From positions 160,001-224,000 of the forward strand of contig CAWAWS010000022.1 of the NCBI GenBank assembly GCA_963785725.1: 64,000 nucleotides of DNA, read 5' to 3'. Below are positions 59,980 to 64,000 of this stretch, piece after piece. Position numbers and translations under genes: made by a program. Origin of the DNA: an uncultured delta proteobacterium (GTDB lineage: Bacteria; Myxococcota_A; Polyangia; Palsa-1104). The notes under the pieces are model-generated. The model had not been told where the DNA came from. It was given only the letters and a program-made list of their open reading frames with translations, and ran no database searches. Position 1 is the stretch's first letter. Each line of letters begins with the position of its first letter.

Positions 59980-61065
59980 TTAGAGCGGCTCTTCGCGATA
60001 CTCGCTGAAGTCGCGCGCATAGATCCGGAGCATCGAGAGAAAGAAGGCCACGATCAAAGGACCGATCACCATGCCGATCAAGCCGAACATGGCCAGGCCG
60101 CCGAGCAGCGAGAGCAACATGAGGCCCGTCGGGATCTTCACTTGACCGCGCATGATGATCGTCTTACCCACCTGCTCCAAGCCGACGACGAAAACGAGGC
60201 ACCAGGCGCCCAACGCAGCGGCGGCGAAGTGGTGCCCGCCGAGCCACAGCACGCACACGACCGGAAGCCAGATCAGCACGGTGCCGACGAGCGGCACGAA
60301 CGACGCGACACCGGTGATGAATCCGAAGAAGATGGCGTTGGGCACTTCGACGAGCGCGTAGCCGATGCCGGCGGCGCTTCCTTGGATGATCGCGGTGGCG
60401 GCGATGCTCACCAGCGCCGCCGAGGAGACTTTGCGGATCTCGACCATCAGCTCCTCGGTCTGCTGCGGGCGCAGCGGCGAGACGCGAAGCAGCCACACCG
60501 CCAGGCGCGGTCCGTCGAGCAGGAGAAAATAGAAAGCGGCGAGCATCACGCACGTGCCGGCCATGATCTGCGACGAGGCTTCGAGCGCCTGCGTGATGCC
60601 CTCTTGGGCGCGGCCGCCGTAGCGCGCCACCAGCTCCGCGAATTGCGCCGGCGACACGTGGAAAGTGTGGAGCAGCCGCAGCACCGCCTGCTGGTCGGAA
60701 GACAGCACCAGCGCCGCCGACTTGGGCGCCGCTGCGGCGTCGAGCGTGCCGCGCACCAGCGTGATGCCCCTGACGACGTAGCGCGAGGCGAAGGCGCCCG
60801 CGGCGATGATCGGCGTGACGATGGTGGCGGCGCTGCCGAGCGTCAACAAGAGCGCGGCCAGGCCACGCCGGCCGCGCAGCCGCTGCTCGAGACGATAGAG
60901 CGCGGGCTGCAGAATGGCCGACATCAAGAGCGCGAGAAACAGCGGCACGCGAAACGGCCACACGACGTAGAGCATGAGCAGGCTCGCCAGCAGCACCAGC
61001 GCGCGCGCCGTCATCAGCGCCGAGCGCGATTGCGTGCGATCGTCGGGCTCGCGCAGCTTCATCAC
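59980..61065 (-). CDS. AI-2E family transporter
   Basis: PF..PLFLA, FYFLLLDG, AIIQG..AGIG, SFVPLVG, SLLGGL..FGLIG.VIGP. Confidence 0.92.
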   Translation of the reverse strand: MMKLREPDDRTQSRSALMTARALVLLASLLMLYVVWPFRVPLFLALLMSAILQPALYRLEQRLRGRRGLAALLLTLGSAATIVTPIIAAGAFASRYVVRGITLVRGTLDAAAAPKSAALVLSSDQQAVLRLLHTFHVSPAQFAELVARYGGRAQEGITQALEASSQIMAGTCVMLAAFYFLLLDGPRLAVWLLRVSPLRPQQTEELMVEIRKVSSAALVSIAATAIIQGSAAGIGYALVEVPNAIFFGFITGVASFVPLVGTVLIWLPVVCVLWLGGHHFAAAALGAWCLVFVVGLEQVGKTIIMRGQVKIPTGLMLLSLLGGLAMFGLIGMVIGPLIVAFFLSMLRIYARDFSEYREEPL

Positions 61066-61067
61066 GC

Positions 61068-61643
61068 TCAGGCGCCCCGCTTCGGTCGGCTGTCGGCGAG
61101 CGCAGCGCGCAGCGCGGCTTGAGCGAGCGCGATCTCGCCGGCATCGAGCGCGTCGAGCGCGAGGCTGGCCGCGCGTTCGAGCGCCCGGTAGCGCGCCGTC
61201 ACGTCTTCGGGCGGCGGCGCCTTCGCGTGCAGGCCCTGGCCGGCGTTGATGAGCAGGCTCACCAGCGTCAAGAGCGACGCGACGTCGACGATGGGCTTGC
61301 CGACGAGCGACGTGAAACCTTCGCCGGTCAGCTTGGCGCGCTCGCTCGCGTTGACGTGGGTGGTGATGGCGATGATGGGCACGTTCCCGAGCGTCGCGTG
61401 CTCGCGAATGGCGCGCGCGACCTCGACGCCGCTCATGTCACCGAGGTTGATGTCGAGGAGCACGAGATCGGGCGGGTCGCCGAGCAGCCCTTCGAGCGCC
61501 GCGCGGCCGGTCGCGTACGACGTCACCAGATGATGCGGCGACAGCACCAGGTTGAGAAAGCGCAACACATCGGGATCGTTGTCTATGACGGCGAGCTTTG
61601 GCATCGCACCTTTCGACTCCGCTCGTACCGCGGTGCGACTCAC
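61068..61643 (-). CDS. Response regulator with short helical C-terminal extension (paralog of 59279..59806)
   Basis: VIDND, LLDINL, IAITTH, LVGKP. Start may be ATG 61604. Confidence 0.88.
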   Translation of the reverse strand: MSRTAVRAESKGAMPKLAVIDNDPDVLRFLNLVLSPHHLVTSYATGRAALEGLLGDPPDLVLLDINLGDMSGVEVARAIREHATLGNVPIIAITTHVNASERAKLTGEGFTSLVGKPIVDVASLLTLVSLLINAGQGLHAKAPPPEDVTARYRALERAASLALDALDAGEIALAQAALRAALADSRPKRGA

Positions 61644-61927
61644 GCGATCGGCGCCGGGTGCGATGCAAGCAACCTAACGATGAACGCCGCTGCCACAAGG
61701 TCCGGCGGCGGAATAAATCGGCGCTCGGCCGCGCAGCGGCAGGATAAGGCGAATCCCACGGCACAAAACGCCTTTCGCTCGACCGCACGCCCACCAAAGG
61801 GCCTTTAGCGCGCGCTCGGCGGCGGCGGCTCTTGCGGATCGGCGCTTCGTAGCTAGGTTGTAGCTCCCGCCTCTCTCTCCGCCCGAGCTTCACTCATCGC
61901 GCGACGCGAACGGCTGAACGCCCCCTT

Positions 61928-64000
61928 TTGACCGACGAGGCCTGCCATGGCGACCACCGGCGACGAAGATCCGCGCGCGATGGGTCGACGCTGACCTTCA
62001 CGCCGCTCAGCTTTGCGACGCAGCGCCGTCACCGCGGAGGCGTGCTCGCGGTCGTCGCGCTCGGCCTGTTCTCGGGCTGCGCCGGCGACAAAGCCGAAGG
62101 CCGTCCCTGGGTGCACAAGCTGACGCTCTCCGGCGTCAAGAGCGTCAGCGCCGCCGATCTGAAGAAGAAGCTGTTGACCAGTGAAGCGCATTGGTACGCT
62201 AGGCGCAGCTATCTCGATCCCCTCACCGTCGACACGGATCGTCAGCGCGTCGAGGTCTATTACCAGCAGCACGGCTATTTCGACGCCGCAGTCGTGAGCG
62301 CCGCGGTGACGCCTTTTAGCGGCGACGCCGATCAGCCGACCGCCGTCGACGTCGCGCTGGCCGTGGTCGAAGGCGCCGCCGTGCACATCGCGTCCGTCGA
62401 CGTGCGCGGGCTCGAGGCGTTGGGCAAGGCGGGCGTGGCGGCGGCGCGTGAGCTGCACGCGCACCTCTTGGTCGGGGCCGTCTTCGATTACGATCGCTAC
62501 ACCACGGCGAAGACTGCGCTCGAGACGGCGATCCGGCGGCGCGGCTACGCCTGGGCCAAGGTCGACGGCGTCGCCGACGTCGACCGCGATACGTCGCTGG
62601 CGCGCTTCCGGTTCACCGTCACGCCCGGTCCGCGCGCCAGGTACGGTCAGGTGCGCATCGCCGGCACGGTTCGCGTCGACCCGCGGCTGGTCGCCTTGCA
62701 CACCGGCATCACCAGCGGGGCGCGCTACAACCCCGACGAGCTCGAAGACGCGCGCGGTCAGATCTACGCGCTGGGCGTGTTCTCGTCGGTGCAAGTGGTG
62801 ATCGCGCCGGCGCCCGGACATCCCGACGTGGCCGACGTGAACGTGACGGTGCAGGAGACGACGTTCAGCGAGCTGCGCGTCGGCGTCGGCTTCGGGCTCG
62901 AGTCACAGCGCACCGACGCGCACGCGTCGCTCACCTACACGCGCAATAACTGGCTCGGACATCTACGCAGCCTGCGCCTGCGGCTCGAGCCGGCGTGGGT
63001 GGCGCTGCCCGCGTTCTGGAACGTGCAGCGTCAAGGTCCGGCGCTCACCGCCGAGGCGCAGGTCATCCAGCCCGACGTTCCCTGGCCGCTGACCGAGGTC
63101 AAGCTGACGCTCGGCTACGACGTGGGCTTCGAGTATCCGTTCCAGTATTACGGCCCGCGCACGCAGCTGGCGTTATCGCGCGGCTTCTGGCGCGGGCGGG
63201 TGCGGCTCGGCCTCTCCTACAACTTTCAGCTGCTGCAATTCTTCGACGTCGACCCGGCCCTTCTCGCCGATCGGGCGCAGACCGGTCAGCTGTTCGGCTT
63301 CGAGAACCCCTATCGTCTCGGCTGGTGGCAGGAAGACTTCGCGCTCGATCTGCGCGACAAGCCGCTCGACGCGCACAAAGGCGCGTACCTCGGTGTCAGC
63401 GTCGAGGAAGGTGGCGTCTACGCCGGCGGCGCGTTCCTCTACGAGAAGGTCGTTCCCGATGCGCGCGGCTATATCCCGCTCGGCAGCCGCGTCACCCTCG
63501 CCTTGCGCGTGCAGTTCGGCCAGATTTACACACAGGGCGACCTCGGCAGCCCGGTCACGCGCCGCTTCTACCTCGGCGGTCCCGACTCGCATCGCGGCTT
63601 CAATTACGATCGCTTGTCGCGCCAGGTGCCGTCGGGGATCGTCGGCGTCGCGCCCATCCCTATCGGCGGCGACCAGATGTTGCTGGCGCAGTCGGAGGTG
63701 CGCGTCGACCTCTTCAACATCGCCGGCAACTGGCTCGCCATCGCCGGCTTCGTCGACGGTGGTGACGTGGGCGCGCCCTCGTGCTCGACGGCGCAGTGCC
63801 GCGCGCTCTACCACGACACCAGCGTCGACCTCACCGACTTGCACTGGGCCGCGGGCGGCGGCGTGCGCTTCAAGACGATCATCGGAACCCTCCGCTTCGA
63901 CGTCGGGGTGCGCCTCAACCGCCTCGCGGCGATGGAGGCCAACGGCACACCCAACCCCGATCCCGGCCAGCGCATGGCCTATCACCTGTCGGTCGGCGAG
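61928..64000 (+). CDS. BamA/TamA (Omp85) family outer-membrane protein with POTRA domains, 3' end beyond the window
   Basis: Open frame (not in the ORF track) with signal/lipobox-like LGLFSG|C, D.QRVE.YY.QHGYFDA, RRGYAWA.V, IYALGVFSSV, RFYLGGPDSHRGF, PIGG, F.DGGDV, GVRFKTIIGTLRFDVG, YHLSVGE. Start uncertain (61928-62042). Confidence 0.9.
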   Translation, partial: MTDEACHGDHRRRRSARDGSTLTFTPLSFATQRRHRGGVLAVVALGLFSGCAGDKAEGRPWVHKLTLSGVKSVSAADLKKKLLTSEAHWYARRSYLDPLTVDTDRQRVEVYYQQHGYFDAAVVSAAVTPFSGDADQPTAVDVALAVVEGAAVHIASVDVRGLEALGKAGVAAARELHAHLLVGAVFDYDRYTTAKTALETAIRRRGYAWAKVDGVADVDRDTSLARFRFTVTPGPRARYGQVRIAGTVRVDPRLVALHTGITSGARYNPDELEDARGQIYALGVFSSVQVVIAPAPGHPDVADVNVTVQETTFSELRVGVGFGLESQRTDAHASLTYTRNNWLGHLRSLRLRLEPAWVALPAFWNVQRQGPALTAEAQVIQPDVPWPLTEVKLTLGYDVGFEYPFQYYGPRTQLALSRGFWRGRVRLGLSYNFQLLQFFDVDPALLADRAQTGQLFGFENPYRLGWWQEDFALDLRDKPLDAHKGAYLGVSVEEGGVYAGGAFLYEKVVPDARGYIPLGSRVTLALRVQFGQIYTQGDLGSPVTRRFYLGGPDSHRGFNYDRLSRQVPSGIVGVAPIPIGGDQMLLAQSEVRVDLFNIAGNWLAIAGFVDGGDVGAPSCSTAQCRALYHDTSVDLTDLHWAAGGGVRFKTIIGTLRFDVGVRLNRLAAMEANGTPNPDPGQRMAYHLSVGE

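Overview
High-GC bacterial DNA, most likely Myxococcota (Polyangia-like). This is inferred from a Myxococcus cysteine-rich/fibro-slime lipoprotein, an MglA-like domain, a small conserved myxobacterial 'GVKVFSAT...FHCL.ITLFY' protein and dense two-component signalling. Left to right the window holds: a coiled-coil/octapeptide-repeat membrane protein; an A/T-shifted two-gene cassette (methyltransferase-fold protein plus permuted papain-like H/NC protein); a nucleotide-sugar and lipid-carrier glycosylation cluster with a C-methyltransferase; two proteases; an RDD-SpoIIM-DUF4129/4350-MoxR-DUF58 operon; ArsR/SRPBCC; a three-gene membrane operon; a 25.4-31.4 kb patchwork of secreted orphans and gene remnants; a TRIC-family gene plus glutamate decarboxylase; a 1199-aa fibro-slime protein; a c-di-GMP/two-component cluster; AraC; a complete IS4 element with a 10-bp target duplication; a heavily frameshifted UvrA-like gene; two Hsp20 genes; a tRNA-Val 3'-half remnant (att-like); a phosphorelay/AI-2E block; and a BamA/TamA gene running off the right edge. 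The most striking item is 27929..28999: a signal-peptide-bearing protein whose mature N-terminal domain aligns by eye with the myxobacterial polarity GTPase MglA but lacks the P-loop and NKxD motifs, fused to a possible SUFU-like domain. All family calls are by-eye motif recognition, not database searches. Several frameshifts may be assembly or consensus errors.
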